Assembly (NCBI GenBank): GCA_943704425.1
Contig: CALSCP010002280.1
Location: 43,832-99,628, forward strand
DNA: 55,797 bases
Source of the DNA: Ministeria vibrans ATCC 50519
Taxonomy: Eukaryota > Protista > Filasterea
Direction: 5' to 3'
Shown here: positions 41,244 through 54,091 of the stretch, piece by piece
Layout of the letters: each line of letters begins with the position of its first letter
How positions within the stretch are numbered: position 1 is the first letter of the stretch
Program-made: the position numbers and the translations under genes
The notes under the pieces: generated by a model
What the model saw: only the letters and a program-made list of their open reading frames with translations
Database searches by the model: none
Told to the model about the DNA's origin: nothing

Positions 41244-43405
41244 AATTATTATTATAATTATTTATTATTATTGTTATTCTTCTTATTATTATTATTCTTA
41301 TTATTATAATAAATTATTATAATGAAAAGATTTGTACACCTTTTCCATTTTTGACATGATAATAATATGATTATACCTCATCCATGTAAATACCGTTTGC
41401 GCCATATTCCGCATGAGATCCGCCCTGGATCCAATTGTTGGCGATTAGAGTGGGGATGGCACAGCCTGTGGAGTGGTTGAAGCACTGATTGTTGCTGGTC
41501 GAAATATAGATACTAAAACGTATAATAAAATTTGTTATTTTGGTCCAGGAAGTGAACAGGAAGTCTTATTTTATAATAATTATGAACACACTAAAGAAAT
41601 CATTATTTTGTGTCCACTCAAGATTTATATACTATCTTACCCCCCAAAATCAGAGAGAATTCCCAAACCGTAATTTTCAACTCGATTGAACGAGACATTA
41701 AAAATATAGTCAGTGGTCTGTGAATCGGTGACGATTCCGTATTGAGCAAAAGAAGAGTAATAGCACCCAACGCTATATAAAAAAGTAATAATAATCATTA
41801 TTATTATTATTAGTACTATTAATTATCATCTTAAAAATGAGTCAAAAATACAAGTTTACCCTTTCACGGGCAAACCAGATTGCCAGGCAATGAGAATTGC
41901 GCCATAAGGAGAGCCAACGACTTTGTTGTGATGGACGGAAATCATCGAGTGACCTTTAATGCGAATGCCCGATGGTTGTTTGAGGTAAATAAGTCCCGTG
42001 CCGTTGATTGAGTTGTTTGCAATTTCAATGTGCGAGACATTATGGTCGTTGAGAATGGAAATTGCATCTGCTCCCACATGTGAAAAGAGGGAATTGCGCA
42101 ACGTCAGGCGAGTGACACCCAGTCCCTTATGTGCAATAAGAATTGCACTGGCACTCACATGAGAGAGACGAAGAGCGTTGAGATGGCAGTCGGAGGATCC
42201 GCTGTGGATTTGAATGGTTCCTGTTGCGGCAAAATACGATTTGAAGCGCCCTTCGATTGGATCGGACGTGTAGCGCAGGGACAGACCCGAAATGTTTACG
42301 TTTGAGACGGAATTCAGATCCAACAGAGTCGGTAGAGTGGGAATAAATGCGTCGCAGAGTATAGACGATTCAGAGAAAACCGAAATGGTCTCTGCGACAC
42401 TGTCCACATAATACTAAAGCAAAAAAAAATCAATCCAATAATAATAACAACTAAAGCAAATAAAAATCAACACAAATATATAACTCTATTCATGTACTTC
42501 CAGGAAGTACATAGCACAGGTATAATAATACGAATAAACGGTTCAAATTACCTCTCCTTCTTGATCGAGTCCTTCCAAAACATTCTCAAGAATGTAACGG
42601 CGATTTTTTGGATTGTGTCCAATGGGCCCTTGTGGGTATGTCAGAAGAACAGTCTGTGCAAAGATGGAACGTTACGAATGAATATTGCATTGCTTTCGTT
42701 GAGGTTTACTTTGTTGCTTTCATGGACAGACTGAATGCGATGCCACTCGCCTACCCAGGCTTGGAAGACGAGAAGGCGAATGTCGTTGAGGTTGTGGAGT
42801 GTCGGGCGAATGTCGCTGTTGGCGTAAACAAAGCCAAGGGAGTCGATGGCGGGACAGATCGTGCTGGAGCACGGCTGCAAGGGCGCCTCCCACAGAAGCG
42901 TCGAGCCGTGCCCGAGGCCGCGCGAAGGGTCGGCAGGGTGTGCGTTGGGGGTGCGAGCGGGCAAGGCGCGTCGGCCGTCGGCAAAGTGCAGCTGCAGGGC
43001 CGCGCCCGTCTGCGTTGCCACGCCCCGCTTGAGTCTGGCGACGTACACGTTCTTCAGCGTGGCCGACGGTTGCCATTCGGAGGGGCGGATCACAGTGGCG
43101 CCGTGCAGCATGGCCTCGCGACCGGCTGCGGCGTCGGGAGGAAAGAGCTCGACGCTGGTGTCCGACGCAAGCTCAACTGTGTCGGTGAGCTGGTGCACGC
43201 CGGCGTGGACGTAGACAGTGGCCTCTTCGCGGTGGCCAGGTGGCGCCTGCAGACGCGCGCGGCGTACGTGGTTCATGGCGGAGTTCAGCGAAGGGTATGT
43301 CAACAAACCAGCCTGATCTGTCGAGCCAACGTGTACGATGATGCGTCCCATCGCACCACACGTGCTCGCAGCAACGACCAACAGTATGGCTGCAAGTATG
43401 TTCAT
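40519..43405 (-). CDS. Secreted right-handed parallel beta-helix protein (GH141-like / pectin lyase fold); multi-exon
   Basis: Signal peptide MNILAAILLVVAASTCG; VYVHAGVHQL; PARTPN; RYILENVLEGLDQEGE; GIYMDE; SLISDPLF; terminal SPAFKLGFQPIDYNGIGPQ*. Confidence 0.82.
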
Positions 43406-43652
43406 GAGGAGAGAATATTTTTGAGAAATAGCTAGTCTTCATTGTTCACTTATTCAATATTCCACACTATTTGTCACTCATTCGATACTACTTTGTCATT
43501 CGTGTGAATCGTGTCAATTGAGTAAATTGTGTCTCAGCGAATCAAGATTGAGAACTCATGAGAAGATCGCTTGGATATTCCTAAATAATTATTGAAATCA
43601 TCAAAATAATTTATCTCAAATCTAATCAAATCAATTATTTTATTCATTTCTC

Positions 43653-44254
43653 ATGATTCGTCTTCTGTCATCTCGTCTCTCGACAACGACCCGAGTCTGT
43701 GTGCAAGCACACACACCCGTGGCATCGACATTTCGCAGCAGTGCGGCGGCATTTGGTGAAGGTAGGCGCTGGTGCGTTCTCAGCCGTCGCGACGCACCAA
43801 CACTGTTTCGTGCGCTAGAGACCACCAACGAGGAGATAGGCGATGCAATTCGCCGGAAAATCACAGAGGGACTCAGTCCGGACAGGCTCCAAGTGATTGA
43901 CACGAGTGGTAAGGCGTTGGGAAGGCACAGTGCGCCGGTAAAACTGTCTCGTTCATTTCCCGTCTTAGGTGGATGCGGCAGCTTTTTCATCGTTCGCGTC
44001 GAGTCCAACGAGTTTGAAGAGAAGTCGATGGGTACGAGAGAATGCGTTTCGTCGCCCTGTTTGAGGCGTGTTTTGTTTTTGTTTTTTGTTGTTGTGTGTA
44101 TTATCATATTGTTATGTCACCGACACTAAAGATGTGTGTCACTCATGTAGTGGAACAACAAAAGATTGTGTATCGTCTTCTCAAGGAGGAAATGCCCAAG
44201 CTGCACGGGATCCGCATTGAGACTGGAGTTCACCCAGGTCTTGGCAAGCAATGA
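43653..44254 (+). CDS. BOLA3: Mitochondrial BolA-like protein 3 (4 exons)
   Basis: Arg/Ser-rich presequence; VIDTS|GGCGSFF..VESNEFEEKSM|VEQQKIV..LKEEMPKLHGIRIET. Confidence 0.85.
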
Positions 44255-44548
44255 AGTCGTCTCAGTCCTGCCGTCTGCAGGTTGTACAATAAAGGTGTGT
44301 GTTCCTTCTCAGGCACTCCTCTTGTTACTTGTTAGTGTGTTTGTTGTTAGCGAGTATAAATATGTGTGTTTCTTTCCCTAGATACTTGTTAGTTTGTTAC
44401 TTGTTATTGAGTTTAAGGATGAGCGTGTTTATATTGCGAGCAGAGAAATACACCATAATAATAAAGGCTTCTTTCATGAGTTTCAAAGACCAGACCATAA
44501 AATGACCATTAGACCAAGTCCAAACTCACTCCAAAGTTCAAACTTATT

Positions 44549-46084
44549 ATGCGCGCCCCTCTCATCTTATTAACAACCTTGCTCCTTGGCTTCTCGGTGA
44601 CTCTGGCTCGGCCGCGAGTCGCCGTGATCGGCGCTGGCATTGGCGGCGGTGCTGTGTCGTATTATCTCAAAGAGTCCTTGTCTCGCGTTGACATTGACGC
44701 GTACGACTCGCGCGACTACATCGGCGGACGCCTCAAGCATGTGGTTATTGATGGAACCACCGTCGAGCTTGGAGGTACGAAATTCTAGCTGTGAGTGAGT
44801 GTGTCTTGGACGCGTTTTCATCACGTCGCTGTCCTATATTGTTCTTAGTGCCGACCCTTTCCTCTGATTCAAACGTTGTCTTGTTGTTGTCCCCCTAGGT
44901 GACGCTTGGGCCAATGTCAATGTTTACGTTCAGGCACTTGTGAAAAAATTCAATCTTCCTGTCGATGTGACACAGGGACGTCCACACGCACTACTCACTG
45001 CGCCACGGGACCCTGCCTTTGGTGTATGGAATGGCACAGCCTTTGTGCCGCTGTTGGAAGAGGTGCTGGGCCATGCGGAGTCCGTTGCCCGTCTCGCTGT
45101 TGTGCTCGAAGACTTTCTGACTTCTCTTCATCTCAATTACGACCAACGCGATGCGCCCTTCAGCAAATCACACACCTTCACTGAAATATCGGGGTTTCTC
45201 AAGCCGGGAAATCTCCAACGCTACATGGGCAACACAACGGCACACTTTCTGACAGATCTTCATCGCATCCATTCGATTCTCGTCGAAAACGCCGTCACTC
45301 CTGTCCTGCGCGCCATTTACGACCAAGACAGCTCCATGCACGCCTTTGGTGGACTCGTCTCTCTCACATCGCTCACCAGTGCTCATTCAGTAGCAACTGG
45401 CAATTCAAAACTCGTTGAGGCCCTCTTCAATGCCTCTCAGGCGACAGTCCACCTCAACACGCAAATCACTCATATTGCGCAAAATCCGCACACCAAAACC
45501 TTCTCACTCCTCAACAATCAAACATACGATTACATAGTTATTGCGGCTCCCATAGAGCAAACTCACATTCACTTTGACCCTCCTCTGCAAAAATCCTTCC
45601 AAAATCGCCTCTTTGTCAATATCGTTGTCACTCTCGTGCGCGCCCAGTCCGTTCGTCCCTCTTTTTTCAATGTCTCTCACGTCCCTCTCAGCGTTCTCAC
45701 TTCCTCTTCTGCGGATCCCCTCACTCCCTTTGTCTGTCTTCAACCCGTTGCTTCAAAAATATGGAAACTCTTTTCTCACGAGACGCTCTCACAGTCTCAA
45801 TTGGGTTCCATTTTTGTTTCCGTTTCAAACATTACGGTAATTATCATGTTTTCGCTTTGTTTTGTTTGTGGGGGTTTCCCTTCTCTTATTTTCATGTAGG
45901 TTCAGTCTTGGCCCTACACATTTCCTGTGTTGAACCCAACAGATTCATTTCAACCCATTGAAATCACAGGTGAAAAAAAGATATCTTTCTGTCCGTTTCT
46001 TTCTGGTCTATTTCAGTTTATATTTTTCGACATGATAATAAAATTATTATTATTGTTATTATTGTTACTATTATTATTGTTATT

Positions 46085-46115
<31 letters not shown>

Positions 46116-46367
46116 TTATTATTAATAATTTATTATTATTATTATTATTATTAATTTATTATTATTATTATTAATTATTTTTGTTTTTGACGTTTGTGTA
46201 CTATTATTATTTACAACGTTCTTTTTATTACCCTTTTGTCAGAGGGACTGTTCAACGTCAACGCAATGGAAAGCGTTGCATCGGCAATGGAAGGATCGGT
46301 GATTGGGGGGCGCAATGTCGCGTTTCTCATTGCGGAGCGAGAGAAGAACAAAATCAATAATAGTTAA
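44549..46367 (+). CDS. PCYOX1: Prenylcysteine oxidase / farnesylcysteine lyase (4 exons)
   Basis: Signal peptide; VAVIGAGIGG; IGGRL..VELGG; RAIYDQ; GNSKL; YDYIVIAAP; WKLFS; C-terminal NAMESVASAMEGSVIGGRNVA. Confidence 0.87.
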
Positions 46368-46630
46368 CAGTACAATAATATTAATGATGATCATTTTTAA
46401 TAGTCTAGTCTGATTCAAGCCAGGGTGTCTCGAGAATCTTTCTTTACTTTTGATATTCTTTCACAACATTTGGGTAAAGAGGAGAATGGTCAATCTCAAT
46501 AACCAGACGGCGTGCGCTCCCTCCGCGTATCGTTTATCGACTACTTGAGCGCGCGCGCAACACAATGGCGCTGAGAACGGTGTAACAAATTGCGTAATTC
46601 TATTAATCCGTTTCAGTTGTATTTTTCTAC

Positions 46631-47793
46631 CTAGTACCAGGCGTCATAGACTTCAGGCACAAAGTAATCGCGCTTGCTCTGTTGGGTGGGTGCGCGAGAA
46701 CGTCGGGGTTTACTCGCGGTATTAGCATGGCAGAAGCCGGCCTGGCATGCGTGGCAGCGCCCCTGGTCGTGCGGAGCGTCGTCCTCACTGCCTTCTGCTG
46801 GAGTGTGCGACTGAGCGTTGTTTTGCCAAAGACAGCACGCAAACTGTCCTTGCTCACAGTTCTGGCAATCCTGCTCGAAGGTCGTGAAGGCATGCGCAGA
46901 CATCCACCAGTGGTTACAGGAGGAGCATGTGAAAAAGCCAAAGCTCTTGTTTCCGTTGAAGTCCTCGCGGTCAACCCACTCGCCTTGTGCGCCCCGAAAG
47001 GGCGCGTCGTGGTCATGATCGTCATCATCGAAATCGTAGTCTTCGACATGGTGTACTGCATCGGTGTGTTGCTCAAGACCTCGCGCGGAGGTAAATTCAC
47101 GGTCGCACAGGCGGCATTCAAAAGTGGGGGCCCGGGGTGGGTGGACAGCATCGGTGTGCTGTTCAAGACCTCGCGCGGAGGTAAATTCACGGTCGCACAG
47201 ATGGCATTCAAAAGTGGGGGGCCGGGGTGGGTGGACAGCATCGGTGTGCTGCTCAAGACCTCGCGCGGAGGTAAATTCACGGTCGCACAGATGGCATTCA
47301 AAAGTGGGGGGCCGGGGTGGGTGGACAGCATCGGTGTGCTGTTCAAGACCTCGCTCGGAGGTAAATTCACGGTCGCACAGGCGGCATTCAAAAGTGGGGG
47401 GGCGGGGTGGGTGGACAGCATCGGTGNNNNNNNNGTAAATTCACGGTCGCACAGGCGGCATTCAAAAGTGGGGGGCCGGGGTGGGTGGACAGCATCGGTG
47501 TGTTGCTCAAGACCTCGCGCGGAGGTAAATTCACGGTCGCACAGATGGCATTCAAAAGTGGGGGGCCGGGGTGGGTGGACAGCATCAGTGTGTTGTTCAA
47601 GACCTCGCGCGGAGGTAAATTCACGGTCGCACAGATGGCATTCAAAGGTGGGCGGGTGAACAACGTTTGCGTGTTGTTGAAGGGCGCGCTCAGAGGCAAA
47701 GTCGCGATGGCAAACGTCGCAGTGGAAACGGCGCTGATGAAAGCGGTTCGAGCAACCACGGGAGCCAGGAGGCATTGCAAGGACATCCACCAT
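46631..47793 (-). CDS. Tandem C2H2 zinc-finger protein with a C-terminal 3CxxC-type (ZAR1/RTP-like) zinc-binding domain; frame broken only by the N gap
   Basis: Repeats of FECHLCDREFTSARGLEQHTDAVH, then GEWVDREDF..KSFGFFTCSSC..WMSAHA..QDCQNC..PHDQGRCHACQAGFC. Confidence 0.8.
47058..47648. repeat. 90-bp coding tandem repeat (at least 6 near-identical units, one C2H2 finger each)
   Basis: Unit starts at 47058, 47148, 47238, 47328, 47418 (gap follows), 47492 and 47582. Confidence 0.92.
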
Positions 47794-48546
47794 AGCTTAG
47801 AGCACGCTCAACGCAGGGTGGGCGTGTAAAGAAAAACAAACTGAACTTATAGAAACTTTGTTGATGATCTGAAAGGAAAAAAGGAAAGACGGACTTGAAA
47901 AAACGATGACAAACCAGTGCCGAGGTGTGTTGTCTAAATTAACTGTGAACTGTGAAGGCGCGCAATGGCCAATTAGTCTGTTAGCTGTGTCTTTTATTGT
48001 ATTCGAGTCGTCACAAGCTTTGCTCGAAACTTAATCCAATATAAAATATGTGACAAGTTCGTCGTGAGGACCAGAAACGCAATCAGGCACACGCGACGCA
48101 AGTGCACCTCAGGTGAGTCAGAGGCGCCAGAGCACCTCTAATGATCCAATTCGCATAGATAAGAAGTGATATTTTGGTTTCTTGAACAGCTGCGCTGAAA
48201 TTTTGTGGTGTTGTTGCTACGTTTGTCTGTCTTTACCCAAACGCGGACTGTGTGTGACAGCACGCTCAGCATGTCTGCACCGACGACCGCCTTGAATCCG
48301 TTGCAAACCACGTCGATGACCATGTTGCGCACAGCAGGCGTGACGCCGTCGAACGGGGCGAGGTGGAGGATGTTCTTGAAATGTTCACATCGAATTTCTT
48401 CGACCAACAAGCAAACGATTATTTGCTGTGGCGCACGCTGGGCGTTGGGGTGGGTGTATTGCCGTATAAAGACATCAGTGGCTTGCAAGGGGGATGAAGA
48501 AGAGTGTCAAAAACACCTGTTACTGATCATTTTTTTAGTCACAACT

Positions 48547-49166
48547 ATGGGCAACCTTTGTGGCCCGCACCGGAATCGCGTGTCGCCCAAGCCTCCTGAC
48601 GCGGTAGAAACACCACAATCACCATTGGAAAAACACCTTCCAAAGGTTAGCGGTGACTCCGACGTTGTAGCGGGCTCGTTCTGTCGGGATGGTGAACAAG
48701 TTGTCGTCGAGTATTTCCAAGTTGATTCCGACGAGTCGTTCTCATCCGTGGAGCAATCCGACGCCGGCTCCACACACCGACACGAGGATCAGTTAGAGGA
48801 CTTGCGAGAGCGACGCAGGCGGCGACTGGTACGTCTTTATATTTTCTTCTTTCCAGCTCCATGGCAACCATGTTTTCTTCATCTAGGTCCGAATTAGGCG
48901 CGCGCTCTCCACTCTCTCCAATATCACCGAGCGTACCGAGGCAAGTCGAATGTCTACGCCGGGATCCACGTACCATGGACGCTTAATAGCCGTGAGTGGT
49001 CAAACAAAGGAGACGCAAATTGGCACCGTTTCCGTTGGCCCACTCGGCTCGCTGTCGTCACCCACGCTCAACAAGCTCGGCAAAGAAGCTGATGACAGAC
49101 CCTCAAAGCACAACCAGAACGTAATATAAACAATTTTCGTCTCAGTTTATATATATATATATATAT

Positions 49167-49210
<44 letters not shown>

Positions 49211-49321
49211 TGTGTGAGTGTGTGTGTTTATGTTATGGATTGTGTGTCTCTGTAGTCAAGAGTCCTGTCACGCTCTCTCTCGTCGAGTGCCGCGGATCTC
49301 ACATCCCACAAAGCTGAGTAA
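48547..49321 (+). CDS. Hypothetical disordered protein with a possible N-terminal acylation signal (3 exons)
   Basis: MGNLCG start, and two GT-AG introns keep the frame open to ..SHKAE*. No recognisable domain. Confidence 0.5.
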
Positions 49322-49783
49322 GCTTTAGCTACTTATAGTGAATGGCGAACCGACGTGCGAGGCTACCTTCCATTTGTGGGTGAACAAACAAACTGTATAT
49401 AATTTCACACAATTTTAATATCCAGACTGCGGCATGACGCATGTTTTAGTACTGCCAATGAGATTATGAGACTGCCAAACTGCTTTTGGTTCTCGAGAAA
49501 CAGTGTGTGAACAACATTGATTAAAAAACGTGAAACAAAAATTCAAACGAAAACGCGTGAACAGCGTGAGCATTGAACAGTGATCACTGTGAGTCTGTGA
49601 CCCTTAATATTCAATAACGACCGACTGTCGGATTGGTGGAAAGAGGACAGGTTTTGGTGAGATGATGCTTAATCTGAATCAAGTCACTATTGATTATCAA
49701 AGTAATCATACGAAACAAACTCACCAAGACACTAACATTCAACAAAGTCTTTCCCCCACCCCCTTTAATTCTCATATACCAGC

Positions 49784-50493
49784 ATGAGCAGCACTCTGCG
49801 CGCCATTGAAGCAGCTCGCGCCAACGTTGTGGGCTCTTCGGCTGTGGATGCCCGTCGCGGCGTCATTGCGCTCTACCGCGCCTGGATGCGCGAGGTACAC
49901 GCTCCTCCCGCGTCCTGCTTGCCTGCCGCCCCTCCGCCTCTGTTCCCGCTGCCGCAGAGACGCTCTCAAACTCGTCATTGCGCATCGCCAAAAAAAATTA
50001 CCGTCCAGGCGCCACAGCGCCTTCCTCGCCCTCTTCTGCTCATCCTCTCCCCCTCACCCGTCTTCTCCTCCACCCAGGCACCCGATGTAGTGACAAAATA
50101 CGAGTTAAACATGACCACACAGGACGTAAGACGCGTCAAACACTTTTTTACAATCCTCCACAAACCTTTTTTTCCTTCTCCCTTTGAAGGTGAGAGCGAA
50201 AATCCGTGAAGAATTCCGCAAGAACCTGCACGTTACCGATCCCAGAGTGGTGTCGCTTCTCGTAGCGAAAGGTACAATTGACTTTTCTTCAAAATCCGTT
50301 TGCTTAAAAAAAAAACGATCATCTCAATTGTCTCTCTTTGCCACTCACACACTCTGTAGGATTCCAAGAACTTGAAGAAACGACACGCATCTGGAAGCAA
50401 CAGCCACACGTGATGCGCTACTTTGAGAAGGATCAGCCTCGCGAGGTGCAACAGCGCGATTTCATGTCGCGTTTCCTTGCAGGACACGACTGA
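49784..50493 (+). CDS. NDUFA6: NADH dehydrogenase 1 alpha subcomplex subunit 6 (LYR family; 4 exons)
   Basis: ARRGVIALYRAWMRE|AP..Y.L..|VRAKIREEFRKN.HVTDPRVV.LLV.KG|..ELEET..IWKQ..HVMRYF..DFMSRFLAGHD*. Confidence 0.93.
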
Positions 50494-50576
50494 AGACAAC
50501 ACCCTTTCCTGTACAACAATGAAACGATTCTTCTTAGTATACATTTCCAATTCTCAACGCGGTTACAGTGCACACA

Positions 50577-50632
<56 letters not shown>

Positions 50633-50650
50633 TCGCGCGCGTGGGTGGTC

Positions 50651-51592
50651 TTATTCAAAGTCGGCGCCACAGGTGAGACAGGCGGGAGTGCGCTCGCAGA
50701 AGACGGAGAGGCACATTGAGCAGACGAGACCGCGACTGACGACGGTCCGATGGCAGAAACAGGCACCGCGATGATCGACCTGGCTCAGCCCAAGTGGTGG
50801 TTGCGTGTGGGTGCGTAGAGGGGCACTGATGAGATGATGGGTCGTCAGCTGGTGGATCAGAGGCTCTAGAGCAGTGCTGGTGTACACACCGCCAGTGATG
50901 TCCGCCGCCTGCTGCAGAAAGCCCGACTGGTGCTCGTCGGATGTCGGGATGGCGTTGGTGTTAAGTTGGCAAGTGTCGACTGCAATGTGATCGCGTTGCG
51001 CCGCGAAAAGCGCATTCATGAGTGCTGCATAGTCGGCATTGCGGTGCGATGAGGCAGCAACGACAAGTATGCGTGCGTCAAGGGTGTGGCCTGGCGGGAG
51101 AGAGCGCCGTTGCGACTGGATAAAGCACAGAGATTTGCACAAGGCACTGGTCAGAGCCGAAGGGCTCTCCACTGCCGAGCCCGCTGCTGGCTCGCTTAGC
51201 AGAGAGCGAAATGCTTGAATGATGGCGGCGTTGGCGGCAGTAAACGTCTCGAGCGACGTCCCCAAAGCGGCGCGCGAACACAGCCGATCGCGGGTGTGCC
51301 GTCCAACGGTGTCCAGCGACGCCTCCGCCGACGTGCTCACCAGGTGCGCTCGCCCCTGGCTGTGGCATGCAATCACGGCTGCTCGATTGCCACTGCACAC
51401 AGACCGGTGCATGTTCAGAAGGAGCAGCACCGACGCCAACGTCGATTCGAATCCTACGGTGCACAAACTTGTCTATTCAACACAAAATAAACCCCCCACT
51501 CGGGCTATTTCACCTTGATCGTTGTCCACCCACACATTAGGATCGCTCTCAACAACTGCCACAAGGAGCGAAGGTGTTGCCGAGGACGACAT
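50651..51592 (-). CDS. GTF2H3: TFIIH subunit p34/Tfb4 (2 exons)
   Basis: SLLVAVVESDP..W; NRAAVIA; ALCKSLCFI; YAALMNALFAAQ; FLQQAADITGG; VDHRGACFCH..GLVCSMCLSVFC..CLTC. Confidence 0.93.
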
Positions 51593-51657
51593 AGAAGTTC
51601 GAATAAAAAGTATGTTAAAAATATTCAACTACTAATTTACTATTGTTCTTTTTTAAA

Positions 51658-52473
51658 ATGCGTTTACCAACTGCCGATTTAGACGACCCATTACTCGCAC
51701 AATTGCTAGTGCATCACTCTTACTGTGTGGTGACTGGTGGCGATGAGGTGGCGGCCGTGGATAGGCTCCATTTGGAGATTGCCGAATGTCTTGCGAGTCT
51801 CGACCCCGAAGCACGCCAACGGCTCACCTTGCGCACCACACAGTACAAGTCGCACTATAAGCGCATGGGACACAAGGAGCGGCTTCAAATTCGCGCTGTG
51901 GGTCCGCTGGTGCCACTTGAAAATGAGGAGTGCGAGTTCCACCGTCTTTTCTCGCTCACACGACGCGCTGAAGTCCTCATGGAGAGCATCGCCTGGCGGA
52001 CACTCTTGCCAGTGCTGCAACACATTGAATTTCCCGATGCAGACGCGTTCCTTGGGGCGCACGCTGAGCCACGCGCCGAATCAGTCCCGTCCGATCATCT
52101 TTCAAACTCAGTGCTCAACTTCTACAACTACTTCAACACGGCCGAGTTTCGGACGGCGGCCCACGACGACGGCACACACTACCAGGCCAACTGCAACGAG
52201 CATTTTGATCCTGGTTTCGTCACCGTGCTGGGCCGTGCGACTCGCGCCGGTCTCGAAGTGCGCGACGCCCAGTCCAACACATTCACCCTTGTCGAGCCTC
52301 TCCTTCCCGCCCAGCCCTGCGTCACCGTCATCATTGGCGAGACCATCCAGCGTGCGTCGGGCAAGCATGCGCCGGCCTGCTACCATCGTGTGTGTGCGGC
52401 CGAACGCGAACGCTCCAACCTCATTTTTGAACTCAGACCCAAAGTGCCCCTCTGGAAGAAGTGGAGAGAGTGA
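51658..52473 (+). CDS. Intronless 2OG-Fe(II) dioxygenase (IPNS/DIOX-like fold)
   Basis: HFDPGFVTVL (HxD), GLEV, IIGETIQRASG, ACYHRV (distal His), RSN.IFELRP. Confidence 0.85.
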   Translation: MRLPTADLDDPLLAQLLVHHSYCVVTGGDEVAAVDRLHLEIAECLASLDPEARQRLTLRTTQYKSHYKRMGHKERLQIRAVGPLVPLENEECEFHRLFSLTRRAEVLMESIAWRTLLPVLQHIEFPDADAFLGAHAEPRAESVPSDHLSNSVLNFYNYFNTAEFRTAAHDDGTHYQANCNEHFDPGFVTVLGRATRAGLEVRDAQSNTFTLVEPLLPAQPCVTVIIGETIQRASGKHAPACYHRVCAAERERSNLIFELRPKVPLWKKWRE

Positions 52474-52504
52474 GTGACGAGAACCAAATCTGAAAGCTGG
52501 ATTC

Positions 52505-52572
<68 letters not shown>

Positions 52573-52940
52573 GGGAGAGAGAGAAAGGAGGGAGAAACAA
52601 AGTGATAGGGAGAGAGAACGGAGGGAGAAACAAAGTGATAGAGACAAGTCGTCGGAGTGAGGGAGCTAACGAGGTCACCTCATTCATGTGAAAGCGTAAC
52701 TGTGTAACATAAACACACACTAACTAACTACAAATTGTTTTTAATATTTCTTTTCTGTGTCCCTCTACAGTATTAAATAACTTTTCAAGCTTTAATTCAC
52801 ATACAGCTTCTTCTTTTCTTAATATCGTCTCACTTGTCAAAACTGATCATTTTGACATTTTTCTTAATCAATTTTAATTTTCTTTGTTTGTGTGTGTTTT
52901 TTGTCTTTACAGTGTTCCAATAAGGACCTCTTTGCATTGA

Positions 52941-53822
52941 ATGAGGCGCGCTTGGGTGCAACCAGTGGTGGAATATGTGCGTATTTTGAGAAAACGATTT
53001 TCTCATTGGTGGGACAATTACGGCACTGAAAAGCCCTTTGTGCTGCCACTGTTTGTGTTTGAGCAAGACAAGGACATGCGGGAGTGGCGTGTCACCTCCG
53101 GTATGCGCTCTATTTCAGCGTGTTTTCATTCACAAAAGAGAAAATGAAAATTATTCTGATTTCCCTTTGTGTCTCACTCACACACACACACACACACACA
53201 CGCAGATCAATCCTTTGGGGGTGAGAGCAGGTGTGAGTTTATACGCACAGACCACGCCACCGCAGTGTTCCGTGGCACGCTTGACAACCGCGTGCCGGCC
53301 CTTGCAGTCGATTCGGGTTTCTGTACCGATCACATTTCTACTCGTTTGTCTCTCTCTCTTCTCATTCGGTTTTTTATATTTGTGTTTTTTGTGTATCAGG
53401 CAGTATCAAGACAGCGCTGCAACCACAGTTTTCCTTTGATCGCGGCGTGCGCATCAAACTCAACGACTACGATGGACTGCGAATGCGTTTCCGTGGCGAC
53501 GGACGTCCTTACTGGTTTACGCTCTTCTGCGACTCACCCCAGGTCGAGGATCTCTTCATGCTTCCCATTGAAACAATGGGTGGTCCTAGATTCTACACTG
53601 TCGACGTAAGGAAACAGTTTTGTATGTTTTATTGTACTGACTTTCTTCTCTCAGTTGCCCTTTGATGAATTCCTATTGACTGCACGCGGAATCATTCAAG
53701 CAGACGAACAGCAAATGACATTAAACAACAACGCAATCCGCTCAGTACGATAACAAAGAAGAAAAGAGAAATCGATCAAACTCTCTCTCTCTCTCTCTAT
53801 CACTTTGTTTCTCTCTATCACT

Positions 53823-53871
<49 letters not shown>

Positions 53872-53881
53872 NNNNNNNNNN

Positions 53882-53951
<70 letters not shown>

Positions 53952-54064
53952 AGTTTGGTTTAACCATTCAGGATCGAAAAGACGGACCGTTTCAAATGGA
54001 GATTTCTTGGATTTATGCCTATCGGTCACTCAGAGGTCGCCCAGATTCCAAAAACAACTCTTGA
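52941..54064 (+). CDS. NDUFAF1: Complex I intermediate-associated protein CIA30 (5 exons)
   Basis: WRVTS|DQSFGGESRC, AVFRGTL, SGF|CSIK, YDGLRMRFRGDGRPY, LPFDEFLLTARG, FGLTIQDRKDGPFQMEISWI. Confidence 0.9.
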
Positions 54065-54091
54065 TATACTTTAATTATATGTATTGTAAAC

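Noticed and set aside
47427-47434. Frameshift in the zinc-finger gene
   Set aside because: It coincides with an N gap of arbitrary length, so it is not evidence of pseudogenisation or programmed frameshifting.
47058-47648. Regularly spaced repeats that might suggest a CRISPR array
   Set aside because: The units are contiguous 90-bp coding repeats with no unique spacers, in a eukaryotic context with no cas genes.
52594-52642. TCTCTATCACT / AGTGATAGGGA resembling half of the tet operator
   Set aside because: Only a half-site, and part of the dispersed CT-associated repeat. No palindrome and no vector context.
43653-54064. Apparent functional clustering (BOLA3, NDUFA6, NDUFAF1; also TFIIB, RPB9, GTF2H3 across the window)
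   Set aside because: The genes are interleaved with unrelated ones on both strands. Compatible with chance in a gene-dense genome unless synteny is shown.
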